Shown: in pieces, positions 19,236-29,033 of the stretch
Numbering within the stretch: position 1 is the first letter of the stretch
Layout: every line of letters starts with the position of its first letter
Origin: an uncultured Gemmatimonadales bacterium
GTDB taxonomy: Bacteria; Gemmatimonadota; Gemmatimonadetes; Gemmatimonadales; GWC2-71-9
Length of the DNA stretch: 64,000 bases
NCBI GenBank assembly: GCA_963795085.1
Contig: CAWCFX010000003.1
Coordinates: forward strand, 32,001-96,000
Reading direction: 5' to 3'
Notes under the pieces: model-generated
The model's input: the letters and a program-made list of their open reading frames with translations, nothing else
What the model was told of the DNA's origin: nothing
Database searches by the model: none
Translations under genes and position numbers: made by a program

Positions 19236-19729
19236 CAGCGGCGCCGGCCGCCGGGGAGGAACCGCCGGATTCGCCGGAGCAGGCCGCCGCCGGTCCTCAC
19301 TGTACGGATCATGGTCGCGGCGGAGAGCGCGGCCTCCTCCACCTCCTCGTGGACCACCTCGTAGAGGGCGTCCAGGTCCTGCAATCGCTCCTCGATCCGG
19401 TCGGCACCCCGCCGAACCTTCCGCCGGAGCCGCCGGCTGGTCCGCACCAGGGCATCGGCTTCACCCTTGACGGTGTCGATCACGCCGGTGCCCTTGTCGG
19501 CGATCTCCCGGATGCTGCGCAACGCGGGAATCAGGTCGTCGTCCAGGCCCTGGAGGACGTGCGCCATGAGCCGGATGCGCTCTTCGCTCTTCTTGATCGC
19601 GATCATCAGGCCGGTGGCCATGACGATGAAGGACACCGCGATGAGCAGCAGCGAAATGGCCGTCACCGTCCCCACCCACATCGGCATGACCACCTGAGCC
19701 TCGGCCTGCACCAGAGTCGCCAGCACCAT
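19235..19729 (-). CDS. Single-TM coiled-coil protein (DUF948-like)
   Basis: N-terminal TM then amphipathic helices; GGAGG RBS; overlaps the next gene start. Confidence 0.6.
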   Translation of the reverse strand: MVLATLVQAEAQVVMPMWVGTVTAISLLLIAVSFIVMATGLMIAIKKSEERIRLMAHVLQGLDDDLIPALRSIREIADKGTGVIDTVKGEADALVRTSRRLRRKVRRGADRIEERLQDLDALYEVVHEEVEEAALSAATMIRTVRTGGGLLRRIRRFLPGGRRR

Positions 19730-19781
19730 ACCACCTCCACGTGAACGTCAGCCCAGGATGTAAGGTAATTGGGGGGATTGG

Positions 19782-19824
19782 CCAATACTCTCAATTCCTT
19801 CAATTCCCTCAATTCCCTCAATTC
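19782..19824. repeat. Nonamer tandem repeat (TCAATTCCC)x~4
   Basis: TCAATTCCT TCAATTCCC TCAATTCCC TCAATTC preceded by degenerate CCAATACTC. Confidence 0.88.
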
Positions 19825-19891
19825 ATGAAACTTACCGCCGTTCGCCGCTGGCTGGCTTGACGCACATCACACTCCGGGTGACCTTTGGCCC

Positions 19892-21175
19892 ATGCCTCCC
19901 CGCTTCCTCGTGCGCGGCGGCCGCCCCTTATCGGGAACGGTCCGCCCCTCCGGCAACAAGAACGCCGCCCTCCCCGTAATCGCCGCGACGCTCCTGGCCG
20001 ACGGGCCGGTCGAGCTCTCGAATATTCCCCGGATCCGCGATGTCGAAACCATGCTGGCCCTGGTGGCCGATCTGGGGAGCCAGGTGAGCTGGACCGGCCC
20101 CAACACGGTCACCATCGACACCCGGTCCGCCGTCCTCAAACCGCTGGACCCCGGGCTCTGTTCCCGAATCCGCGCCTCGATTCTGCTGGCCGGCCCGCTC
20201 CTGGCCCGCTTTGGTTCCGTCACGCTGCCGCCCCCGGGCGGCGACGTCATCGGCCGCCGCCGGGTGGACACCCACTTCCTCGCGCTGGAGCACCTGGGCG
20301 CCGAGGTCCGCGTGGGCGACCGCTACGAGCTGGTGGCGAAGGCGCTCACCGGGACCGACATGTTCCTGGACGAGCCCAGCGTGACCGGGACCGAGAACGC
20401 GCTCATGGCCGCGGTGGCGGCCAAGGGGCGCACCGTTCTCCGGAACGCGGCGGCCGAGCCGCATGTGCAGGACCTTGCCCGCGTGCTGGTGGCGATGGGA
20501 GCGAACATCGAGGGGATTGGCACCAACGTCTACACCATCGAAGGGGGTCGGCCCCTCCACGGCGCCAGTTACGAGATCGGCCCCGACCACATCGAGATCG
20601 CCAGCTTCATCGGTCTCGCGGCGGCAACCAACGGCGCCATCGCCATCGAGCCGGTGCGCGGCGACGATCTCCGAAGCACCCTGCTGGGGTTCGACCGGCT
20701 GGGGGTGCGGCCCCGCTTGAGCCACGCGGTGCTGCACATTGACGCCGCGCAGGAGCGGCGGATCCGGCCCGACCTGGGCGGACACGTCCCCAAGCTGGAA
20801 GACGGGCCCTGGCCCGCCTTTCCCGCCGACGCGATGTCCATCGCCATCGTGGTGGCGACCCAGTGCACCGGCATGGTCCTGATTTTCGAGAAGATGTTCG
20901 AGAGCCGCCTGTTCTTCGTGGACAAGCTGATCGGCATGGGCGCGCGGATCGTCCTCTGCGATCCCCACCGGGCGGTGATCTCGGGGCCATCGCAGCTTCG
21001 GGGCGGGACGGTGGAATCGCCGGACATCCGGGCCGGCATGGCGATGCTGGTGGCGGCGCTGGCCGCGGAAGGCACCAGCACCATCCACAACATCGGCCAG
21101 ATCGAACGGGGCTACGAGAACATCGACGAGCGGCTGCGGGCGCTGGGCGCGGATATCGAAAGATTGACCGATTGA
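19892..21175 (+). CDS. murA: UDP-N-acetylglucosamine 1-carboxyvinyltransferase
   Basis: SGNKNAALP, RASILLAGPLLAR, SVTGTEN, PDIRAG, IERGYE. Confidence 0.96.
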   Translation: MPPRFLVRGGRPLSGTVRPSGNKNAALPVIAATLLADGPVELSNIPRIRDVETMLALVADLGSQVSWTGPNTVTIDTRSAVLKPLDPGLCSRIRASILLAGPLLARFGSVTLPPPGGDVIGRRRVDTHFLALEHLGAEVRVGDRYELVAKALTGTDMFLDEPSVTGTENALMAAVAAKGRTVLRNAAAEPHVQDLARVLVAMGANIEGIGTNVYTIEGGRPLHGASYEIGPDHIEIASFIGLAAATNGAIAIEPVRGDDLRSTLLGFDRLGVRPRLSHAVLHIDAAQERRIRPDLGGHVPKLEDGPWPAFPADAMSIAIVVATQCTGMVLIFEKMFESRLFFVDKLIGMGARIVLCDPHRAVISGPSQLRGGTVESPDIRAGMAMLVAALAAEGTSTIHNIGQIERGYENIDERLRALGADIERLTD

Positions 21176-21194
21176 GGGGAGGCCGCATCGGCCC

Positions 21195-22592
21195 TCACTC
21201 CGTTTTCAGCCCCCCCAGGATCCCGTTCAGCTGCTGCACCAGGGCCAGGTGGGCCGGGTCATCCGCGAGATTCGTCAACTGGAGCGGGTCCGCCACCAGG
21301 TCATAGAGTTCGACCTCCCCGGTCGCATGTTCGGCGTAGGTATGCCGGTGCGTCCGCACTCCCGAGAAGACCCCCTGCCCCAGCATGTGGCTGTCCGGAT
21401 AGAGCACTTCCAGAAGCAACTGCTGGCGCCATGGATGGCTTGGCTCCATGAGCAGCGGAGCGAGGCTGGCACCGTTCATGGCCGCTGGCGGCGTAACCCC
21501 GGCCCACTCTGCAATGGAGGGCGCCAGGTCCAGCAGCGCGACCAGGCTGGTGTCAATCCGGGATACCACTCCCGGGGCCCGGACCAGGAACGGGATCCGG
21601 ATACACTCTTCGTAAACGCAGTCCTTCCAGGTGTAACGGTGTTCCCCCCAGGAGTACCCGTTGTCCGACGCGAAGATCAGCACCGTGTTCCCCAGCCGGT
21701 TGGTCCGCACCAGCGCGTTGTAGATGTTCTGGACCTGCCGGTCCACCGCCTGCAGTGATCGCAGCATGTCGAGCCGCAGCCGGTCGTTGGCGGTCAATTT
21801 TGACCCGGCAAGCTGGGGCAACCCCCGGACCCACGCGGGCTTGTCGGTCACGTCCGGTTCGTTGAAGGAAGCGGGCCGCCACTTGGGCAGGCTGCCGTAA
21901 AGCGTCTTGTCCTGGTTGGCCGGAGTGGCCGGCGGGTGCGGGGCCGCCGGAGAGAAGAACAGGAAGAAGGGCTGCGAGGGCGGGGTCGAGTCAATGAAGG
22001 CCACCGCCTGCCGGCCCAGTACCTGGGTGGAGTAGTGCGCCGTACTGCTGCCGTAGGGGACCACCCGCCCGTTCTCCACCATCGAGTAGTTGTAGTAGCC
22101 CGGATAAACAAAGGCCTGCCATGAGGTCCATCCCGGCGGCTGGTAGGGCCAGGGCGTGAGCTTGTCATAGAGGTTGAGATATTTGCCCACGTAGCCGGTG
22201 CGGTAGCCCGCATCCTGGAGCCAGGTCGCCACGGTGGAGAGATCATTGAACGCCGGGGCGCCGTAGGGCGCACCGTTCCATAGTACGCCATGATTGTGCG
22301 AATGCAGCCCCGTCAGGATCGAGGCGCGGGCGGGACAGCAGAGCGGCGTCGAGGCAAACCCCCGGCTGAACTGGACGGTGTTCGTCCCGAAGACGCCAAG
22401 GGTCCGGGTCATGGTACTGATGGTCTCGGCGCGCTGGTCGTCCGTGAGGATGAGCACGATGTTCATGGCCGAGGTCATCCCCGGGCCCGCCATCGGTGCC
22501 TGGGGCGTCTCGTTGGGGGCCGTCGCGGGCTCTTCGGGGGCGCACGAAGAAATGCCCACCAGGATGATCACGTACAACAGGGGCAGCCGCAT
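21195..22592 (-). CDS. Sulfatase (formylglycine-dependent, GlcNAc-6-sulfatase-like), lipoprotein
   Basis: ILTDDQ, CCPARASILTG, GYVGKYLN, SDNG; lipobox ISSC. Confidence 0.9.
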   Translation of the reverse strand: MRLPLLYVIILVGISSCAPEEPATAPNETPQAPMAGPGMTSAMNIVLILTDDQRAETISTMTRTLGVFGTNTVQFSRGFASTPLCCPARASILTGLHSHNHGVLWNGAPYGAPAFNDLSTVATWLQDAGYRTGYVGKYLNLYDKLTPWPYQPPGWTSWQAFVYPGYYNYSMVENGRVVPYGSSTAHYSTQVLGRQAVAFIDSTPPSQPFFLFFSPAAPHPPATPANQDKTLYGSLPKWRPASFNEPDVTDKPAWVRGLPQLAGSKLTANDRLRLDMLRSLQAVDRQVQNIYNALVRTNRLGNTVLIFASDNGYSWGEHRYTWKDCVYEECIRIPFLVRAPGVVSRIDTSLVALLDLAPSIAEWAGVTPPAAMNGASLAPLLMEPSHPWRQQLLLEVLYPDSHMLGQGVFSGVRTHRHTYAEHATGEVELYDLVADPLQLTNLADDPAHLALVQQLNGILGGLKTE

Positions 22593-22752
22593 GGCGTCTC
22601 CATGGACAGTCAGCGTGGTCGGGCAGCCGCCGAGCGGAAATACTCCGTCTAGCTCAGCCCGGGTCGCCGATAGGTTGATGAGGAGAAACCATGGTAGGGG
22701 ATGCCTGTGACACGGACGTCAAAACAGGGGTGCAATCCCAACTGATACCCCT

Positions 22753-23358
22753 GTGACATTTTCGAGGTCGGACACTGCGGCGTTGCGCACCTTTGGTCCG
22801 AACGACAACCCCAGCTATTACCCAGGCAGCAGGCTGGCTGACCTGATCGCGACGATCTCAGAAGAACGCCCGACCGCGCTCCTCCTCGACGATCTCCACT
22901 GGGCCGACCCCGGCTCCGGCGAAGTCATATCGACCTGCGGCGAGTTAACTTTTCGTGGGGAGTGGGCAATGCCGACGCCGGTTTTCCTGCCCCGCTCCGG
23001 CCCGGACTATTTCGAGCATTTCAGGCCGCGCGGACCGACCGCTCCACGGGCGGTGGGCCATGTCCATCGTCGCGTTCGAGACGGTTGGCACGAGCGGCCG
23101 GAGGATCACCATCAGTCTGCCGATTGGGCGGTGAGCGACGAGCGCCTGGCACAGATCTCCGCCACCGGCGCCCCGACTCTCCCAGCCGGATGTTCTCGAC
23201 CGCCACACGTGGAGCGCGACGGAGCGGGGGGGGGCTGGCTCCCGTTCGGCACGCCTCGGCCGCAGCGAGCGGAGCTGCCGGACGGGAAATCCTGGATACT
23301 GATCAATCGGGACGAGCCTACGAGAGCGGCGTGGGCTCCGCCCGGAAGTATCCGGTAG
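22753..23358 (+). pseudogene. Remnant of an AAA/STAND-type ATPase regulator gene
   Basis: Isolated LADLIATISEERPTALLLDDLHWADPGS (Walker B region) with no Walker A; the rest is non-gene-like. Confidence 0.5.
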
Positions 23359-23600
23359 TCGGCGGGCTGGGAATGGAAGCGGAAGTGATGATCCCCATCA
23401 GGTGCCTCGCTGGCAGCAACTCCGGGTCGCCCTGGTCACGGACGTGGATATCGCGAGAGATGGCGCCGGATTCACTCGACCAGCATGCGGAATGAATTTT
23501 CCAGCGGGGGGGTCTCCGGAACCTGGAAAGGCTGAAGATCAGGGTCGGAGCGGTGGACGCCTGGCGGGGAGTCCGGCACCCAGCAGGGGGGAAGGCCCCC

Positions 23601-25022
23601 TCAGTTTCCCAGCTTCTCCAACAGCACCGGCTGTACCTTCTTCGGATCCGCCTTGCCGCCACTCTTCTTCATCACCTGCCCGACGAAGAACCCGGTCAGC
23701 TTGACCTCGCCGCCTTTGAACCGGGCCACCTCGTCCGGGTGCCCGGCCAGCACGTCGTCCACCCACCGGCCCAGCGCGTCGGCATCGCCCACCTGGACCA
23801 GGCCCAGCCGCTCGGCGACATCCCGGGGAGACTCGCCGCCCGCCAGCATCCCTTCATAGACTTTCTTAGCCGCCTGCTGGCTCACCACCCCATCCTTCAC
23901 CATGCCGACCAGGGCGGCCAGGCGGGACGGTTCCACGGGGAATCCCCGACCCTCACTGAAGCCGGTCATCGCGTCGCCCAGCACCCATCCCACGGCCCGG
24001 GCCGGATCCGCCCCGGCCGCGACCACATCCTCGAAGTACCGGGCCACCGCCCGGTCCAGGGTGAGCTGGCCGGCGTGGTACGCCGACACCGCATACCGCT
24101 CCACCAGTCGGTGGCGAAGCGCCGCCGGCAGTTCCGGCAGCGTGGCCCGCCGCTCCGCGATCCATTCCTCCGTCACCACCAGTGGGGGCAGGTCGGGATC
24201 CGGGAAGTAGCGGTAGTCGTGGCTCTCCTCCTTGGAGCGCATGACCCGGACGGTTCCCGCCGCGGCATTGAACAGCAGGCTCACCTGCTCCACCTTGCGC
24301 CCCGATTCCATCAGCTCCACCTGCCGCAGGTACTCCACCTCCAGGGCCCGCTCCACATTCGCGAAGCTGTTCATGTTCTTGACTTCGGTCTTGGTGCCCA
24401 GTTTCGGGTCGCCGGCCTGCCGAATGGACAGGTTGGCGTCCACCCGGAGGCTGCCCTTCTCCATACTGCACTCGCTCACGCCGGCATAGACCAGGATCTG
24501 CTTGAGGGCGGTGAGATAGGCCCGCGCCTCACCGGGGCTCCGCATGTCGGGGCCGCTCACGATCTCGGCCAGCGGCGTTCCCGCCCGGTTGAGGTCCACG
24601 GCGGTCTGGCCGGGAACCCGGTCGTGGAGCGACTTGCCGGCATCCTCTTCCAGATGCAGACGGGTGATCGAAACGGCGATCGGTCCCCGCTCCGGCGATT
24701 CAAAACGCACCTCGCCCCCGGTGGCCAGCGGCTTGTCGAACTGGCTGATCTGGTATCCCTTGGGCAGATCCGGGTAGAAGTAGTTCTTCCGGGCAAAGAC
24801 GCTGGTCTCATGAATGGTGCTCCCCAGCGCCAGCGCGGCCTGGGTACCGAGGCTCACCGCCCGGGCATTGGGAACCGGGAGCGCGCCGGGCAGGCCGAGG
24901 CACACGGGGCACACATGGCTGTTGGGCGGATCACCAAAGGAGACGGCGCAGCCACAGAACATCTTGGAGCGGGTGGCCAGCTGGACATGGACTTCAAGTC
25001 CAATCACGATCTCCCAGGTCAT
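23601..25022 (-). CDS. gatB: Asp/Glu-tRNA amidotransferase subunit B
   Basis: VIGLEVHVQL, RKNYFYPDLPKGYQISQ, YRYFPDPDL. Confidence 0.97.
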   Translation of the reverse strand: MTWEIVIGLEVHVQLATRSKMFCGCAVSFGDPPNSHVCPVCLGLPGALPVPNARAVSLGTQAALALGSTIHETSVFARKNYFYPDLPKGYQISQFDKPLATGGEVRFESPERGPIAVSITRLHLEEDAGKSLHDRVPGQTAVDLNRAGTPLAEIVSGPDMRSPGEARAYLTALKQILVYAGVSECSMEKGSLRVDANLSIRQAGDPKLGTKTEVKNMNSFANVERALEVEYLRQVELMESGRKVEQVSLLFNAAAGTVRVMRSKEESHDYRYFPDPDLPPLVVTEEWIAERRATLPELPAALRHRLVERYAVSAYHAGQLTLDRAVARYFEDVVAAGADPARAVGWVLGDAMTGFSEGRGFPVEPSRLAALVGMVKDGVVSQQAAKKVYEGMLAGGESPRDVAERLGLVQVGDADALGRWVDDVLAGHPDEVARFKGGEVKLTGFFVGQVMKKSGGKADPKKVQPVLLEKLGN

Positions 25023-26431
25023 CAGCGCACCTCCGCCCTGGCATCCACGGCCTGCTCCAGGAGCCCGGCCACGCCCAGCATCTCGGGCTCCGCGAAGTAG
25101 GGTGCGATGATCTGCCCACCGACCGGGAGCCCGTCCGTCCGCCCGATGGGAAGGCTCATGGCCGGCAGGCCGGCCAGGCTCACCGCGCACACGAAGATAT
25201 CGGCCAGGTACATGGCGACCGGGTCTTCGCTCTTCTCGCCCGCCATGAAGGCCGGCGTGGGTGTCGTCGGGGTGAACAGGAAATCCACCCCCTCGGCAAA
25301 GACGGCCCGGAAGTCGTTGGCGATCAGCGCCCGCATCTGCTGGGCCCTGGCATAGTAGGCGTCGTAATAGCCCGCGCTCAGCACGTAGGTGCCGACCAGG
25401 ATGCGGCGGCGCACTTCGGGGCCGAACCCCCGGCCCCGGGTGGCCTGGTAGAGCGCCCGCACGTCGCCGTCCTTCGGCTCGATATGCCGGGGGCCATAGC
25501 GCACGCCGTCAAACCGCGCCAGGTTGGCGGCTGCTTCGGCGGGCGCCACGATGTAATAGGTCGGAACCGCGTACCGGCTGTGCGGGAGGCTCACCTCTTT
25601 GAGGGTGGCACCAAGTTCCTTCATCCGGTGTATGGTGCGGTCAGTAGCCGCTTTGACCCCCGGGTGAAGATCGGCCGGGAAGTACTCCTGCGGCAGTCCG
25701 ATGGTCACCCCCCGGAGATCGGGCCGGGTACCCGGTGCAGCCATGGATGGCGCCGCCACGCTGGTGGCTTCCAGGGGATCATGTCCGCTGATCACCTCCA
25801 GGACATCTGCCGCGTCCCGCACCGTGGCGCCAAACACCGAGACGCAGTCCAGCGACGAGCCGAACGCGACCAGCCCGTAGCGGCTCACCCGGCCGTAACT
25901 CGGCTTCACCCCCACGACGCCGCAGAAGCTGGCCGGCTGGCGCACCGAGCCCCCGGTCTCCGAGCCCAACGCGGCCGCCACCACCCCGGCCGCCACCAGG
26001 GCCGCGGATCCGCCGGAGCTGCCGCCCGGCACCCGCGCAGGGTCGATCGGATTCTTCACCCGGCCGAATGCCGAGTTCTCGGTCGAGGAGCCCATGGCGA
26101 ACTCGTCCAGGTTGGCCTTGGCGGCGATGATGGCCCCCGCTTCCCTCAGGCGATTGACCACGGTCGCGTTGAAGGGCGAGAGGTAACCCTCGAGGATCCT
26201 CGAGGCACAGGTCGTGGGCTGCTCGACGGTGACGATGTTGTCCTTGAGCGCTACCGGCCGGGCGTGGAGCCGGCCGGCCTGGGGCATCGCGTCCACCCGC
26301 GCCGCCTCCGCCTGGAGCGCCGCCCGGGACCAGTGCAGCGTCGCGTTCAGCGGCTCGGCGCGCTCTAACCGGTCGCCCACCTCGGCGGCGGCCGTCGCGG
26401 CGCTTTCCCGGGTCCCGGGGGCCCCGCTCAT
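25022..26431 (-). CDS. gatA: Asp/Glu-tRNA amidotransferase subunit A
   Basis: KDN, DEFAMGSS, PGGSSGGS, TGGSVRQPA, GTYVLSAGYYDAYY. Confidence 0.97.
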   Translation of the reverse strand: MSGAPGTRESAATAAAEVGDRLERAEPLNATLHWSRAALQAEAARVDAMPQAGRLHARPVALKDNIVTVEQPTTCASRILEGYLSPFNATVVNRLREAGAIIAAKANLDEFAMGSSTENSAFGRVKNPIDPARVPGGSSGGSAALVAAGVVAAALGSETGGSVRQPASFCGVVGVKPSYGRVSRYGLVAFGSSLDCVSVFGATVRDAADVLEVISGHDPLEATSVAAPSMAAPGTRPDLRGVTIGLPQEYFPADLHPGVKAATDRTIHRMKELGATLKEVSLPHSRYAVPTYYIVAPAEAAANLARFDGVRYGPRHIEPKDGDVRALYQATRGRGFGPEVRRRILVGTYVLSAGYYDAYYARAQQMRALIANDFRAVFAEGVDFLFTPTTPTPAFMAGEKSEDPVAMYLADIFVCAVSLAGLPAMSLPIGRTDGLPVGGQIIAPYFAEPEMLGVAGLLEQAVDARAEVR

Positions 26432-26730
26432 TCTTCGCTCTCCATGGCGCCCAGCTTCGGCACCACGAACAGTCCGCCGACAAACGCGGGCGCCATCGCC
26501 GCCGGGCCGCGGGCCAGTGGCACCGGGGCTACGACGTCCTCGCGGAGCGGCGTCAGGGCCGGGCCGGCCAGGAAGGGGGGGGCCGCCTCATTCGCCGGCG
26601 CGGTGTTCAGGTCCGCCACGAAATCCACGATCCGGGAGAGCTGTTCCACCAGCCGGGGGAGTTCCTGCTCGCTCACCGCCAGTTCGGCAAGGTTCGCCAC
26701 GTGGATGACTTCGTCTCTGCCTATGCTCAC
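26428..26730 (-). CDS. gatC: Asp/Glu-tRNA amidotransferase subunit C
   Basis: EVIHVANLAEL, PLRED, FVVPK; upstream of gatA. Confidence 0.92.
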   Translation of the reverse strand: MSIGRDEVIHVANLAELAVSEQELPRLVEQLSRIVDFVADLNTAPANEAAPPFLAGPALTPLREDVVAPVPLARGPAAMAPAFVGGLFVVPKLGAMESEE

Positions 26731-29033
26731 GCTCCCTCCCAGTCACGTTCGAGGCCGGCATAGGCCACCAGCAACTGCTTGGTTCCGGCTTCGTCGTCGT
26801 CAAAGACGATCTCGACCTTGAGATCGCGTCCGGCGCCGACCAGTCCCTTGATGGTCCCGCTGCCAAAGCGCCGGTGCTTGACCCGCTCCCCCCGCACGTA
26901 GCGAGGCGCATCCTGCGACGCCTCCTCCGCGGGGACCGTGGAGGCGCGGTAGGATGGGGCTTCGTCGCTGAAGTTCTCATAGCCGCTGGATGCCGGGGCG
27001 CCGTACCCGCGGCCCGGCTTTCCGCCGTAGCGCCCCCGGTAGGAGGACACCGTGAACATCGAGCTGGTTCGTTCCTCCCGGATCAGTGCCGCGGGGACTG
27101 CCTTGAGAAAGCGTGACGCCATGCCGGGGCGAAGCTCCCCGCCCCGCCGGCGGGCCCGGGCCCAGGTGAGGTAGAGCTTGTCCTTGGCCCGGGTCAACCC
27201 GACGTAGCAGAGCCGCCGTTCCTCTTCCACGCCGCCCGGCTGCTCCTCGGCGCGGGCCAGCGGGAACAACCCGTCTTCCAGTCCGGAGAGCACCACGACC
27301 GGCCATTCGAGCCCCTTGGCGGTGTGCAGCGTCATCAGGGTCACCCCCTCCTCCGACCCGGTGACTTCATCGGGGCCGGCCAGCAGCGCCGCCTCGGAAA
27401 GAAACCGCTCCAGCGGCGTGGTGGCGTCTTCTTCCTCGCCCGGGGTCACGTCCTCGGACCACTCGGCGGCGCTGGCCACCAGTTCCCGGACGTTGTCCCA
27501 ACGGTCCTCGCCCTCGGGACCTTCCGCCAGCAGCAGCTTTTCGTACTCGATGGACTGGATCACCTGCTCCAGGACCCGGGCCGGTGCCAGGGTGACAGAA
27601 TCAGCCCGGAGCGTTTCGACCAGCTGGGCGAATCTGGCGAGCCCTGCCCGCACATTGGGACGGAGATCGGGCACCCGGTCAGCCATCGCGGCCACCGCGA
27701 GAAGCGGCTTCTGCCACTGGTCCGCGGCCCGGCCGAGGGTGGCCAGGCTGGCCTCGCCCAGTCCTCTCCGGGGCACCCCCACGGCCCGGAGAAAGGCTTC
27801 GTTGTCTTTCGGGTTGGCGATGAGACGCAGGTAGGCAAGCAGGTCCTTGACCTCCCGCCGGTCGTAGAACCCGGTGGCCCCCACGATCCGATATGGCATA
27901 CCCGCCCGCCGGAAGGCTTCCTCCAGCGCCCGCGACTGGGAGTTGGTCCGGTAGAGCACCGCCATCTCGGGATACTCCCAGTCGCCCGCCGCCCGCCGTT
28001 TGCCAAGCTCCCGCGCAATCCATTCGGCCTCGTCCCGCTCGTCGGCGGCGGCCACCAGCACCACCGTCTCTCCACCCTTCCGGGCGGTTCGGAGCGTCTT
28101 GCCCAGCCGGCCGGTGTTCTCCGCGATCACGCCGTTGGCCGCGTCCAGAATAATCTGGGTGGAACGGTAATTCTCCTCGAGCCGCACCAGCTTGACGGGG
28201 TCGAAATCCTGCTGAAAATCGCGCATATTTTTCACGTTGGCCCCCCGCCAGCCATAGATGGACTGGTCGTCATCGCCGACGGCGGTGATGTTCCCGTGGG
28301 CGCCGATCAGCTTGATCAACTGATACTGGGCAACGTTGGTATCCTGAAATTCGTCCACCAGGAGAAAGCTGAACCGGCGCCGGTAGTGCTCCAGCCGGTC
28401 GGGGCGCTCCCGGAACAGGGTGAGCGGATGCAGCATCAGGTCATCGAAATCCATCGCGTTCGCCGTCTTGAGCGCCGGGCCCAGGGCGGAGAATATGTCA
28501 GCCGAGACCTCGGCGAGCCGGTCATAGGCGGCCGCCTTCCGGAGGTCGTCCGGGGTCTGCATCCGGTTCTTGGCCGAGGAGATCAGGGCCTGCACGGCCC
28601 GGGGTGGGAAGAGCTTGGTGTTGGCGCCCCGCTGCTCCATGAGCCGGCGGATCAGCGCCAGCCGGTCATCTTCGTCGTAGATCGTAAACTGGCGGGTAAA
28701 CCCGAGCGCCTCCGCCTCCCGCCTGAGGATCCGGGCGGAGAGCGAGTGAAAGGTGCCGATCCAGAGGCCGCCGGGGTCCCGGCCCAGCAGCCGCCCCACC
28801 CGCTGCTTCATCTCGTGGGCGGCCTTGTTGGTGAAGGTGACCGCGAAGAGCTGCTGTGGCGCCACCCCGTGATCGTCGATCAGCCGGGCAATCCGGACCG
28901 TCAAAACCCGGGTCTTGCCCGATCCCGCCCCCGCCAGCACCAGCATCGGCCCGGTAACGTGCTCGACCGCCTCCCGTTGCGCGGGGTTCAGGGTTTCCAA
29001 CAGGGAATCGGATATGGTCTTCTCGGTCATCAC
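26727..29033 (-). CDS. uvrD: UvrD/PcrA ATP-dependent DNA helicase
   Basis: AGAGSGKT, DEFQD, ENYRS, HTAKGLE, EERRLCYVGLTRA, C-terminal Tudor-like VKH..FG.G. Confidence 0.95.
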   Translation of the reverse strand: MMTEKTISDSLLETLNPAQREAVEHVTGPMLVLAGAGSGKTRVLTVRIARLIDDHGVAPQQLFAVTFTNKAAHEMKQRVGRLLGRDPGGLWIGTFHSLSARILRREAEALGFTRQFTIYDEDDRLALIRRLMEQRGANTKLFPPRAVQALISSAKNRMQTPDDLRKAAAYDRLAEVSADIFSALGPALKTANAMDFDDLMLHPLTLFRERPDRLEHYRRRFSFLLVDEFQDTNVAQYQLIKLIGAHGNITAVGDDDQSIYGWRGANVKNMRDFQQDFDPVKLVRLEENYRSTQIILDAANGVIAENTGRLGKTLRTARKGGETVVLVAAADERDEAEWIARELGKRRAAGDWEYPEMAVLYRTNSQSRALEEAFRRAGMPYRIVGATGFYDRREVKDLLAYLRLIANPKDNEAFLRAVGVPRRGLGEASLATLGRAADQWQKPLLAVAAMADRVPDLRPNVRAGLARFAQLVETLRADSVTLAPARVLEQVIQSIEYEKLLLAEGPEGEDRWDNVRELVASAAEWSEDVTPGEEEDATTPLERFLSEAALLAGPDEVTGSEEGVTLMTLHTAKGLEWPVVVLSGLEDGLFPLARAEEQPGGVEEERRLCYVGLTRAKDKLYLTWARARRRGGELRPGMASRFLKAVPAALIREERTSSMFTVSSYRGRYGGKPGRGYGAPASSGYENFSDEAPSYRASTVPAEEASQDAPRYVRGERVKHRRFGSGTIKGLVGAGRDLKVEIVFDDDEAGTKQLLVAYAGLERDWEGA

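Noticed and set aside
22700..22760. CRP-like or sigma54 site upstream of the sulfatase
   Set aside because: TGTGA half-sites lack a correctly spaced partner; no GG-N10-GC match found
26727..29033. Defence-system helicase
   Set aside because: Canonical housekeeping UvrD/PcrA with the C-terminal domain, in a core operon
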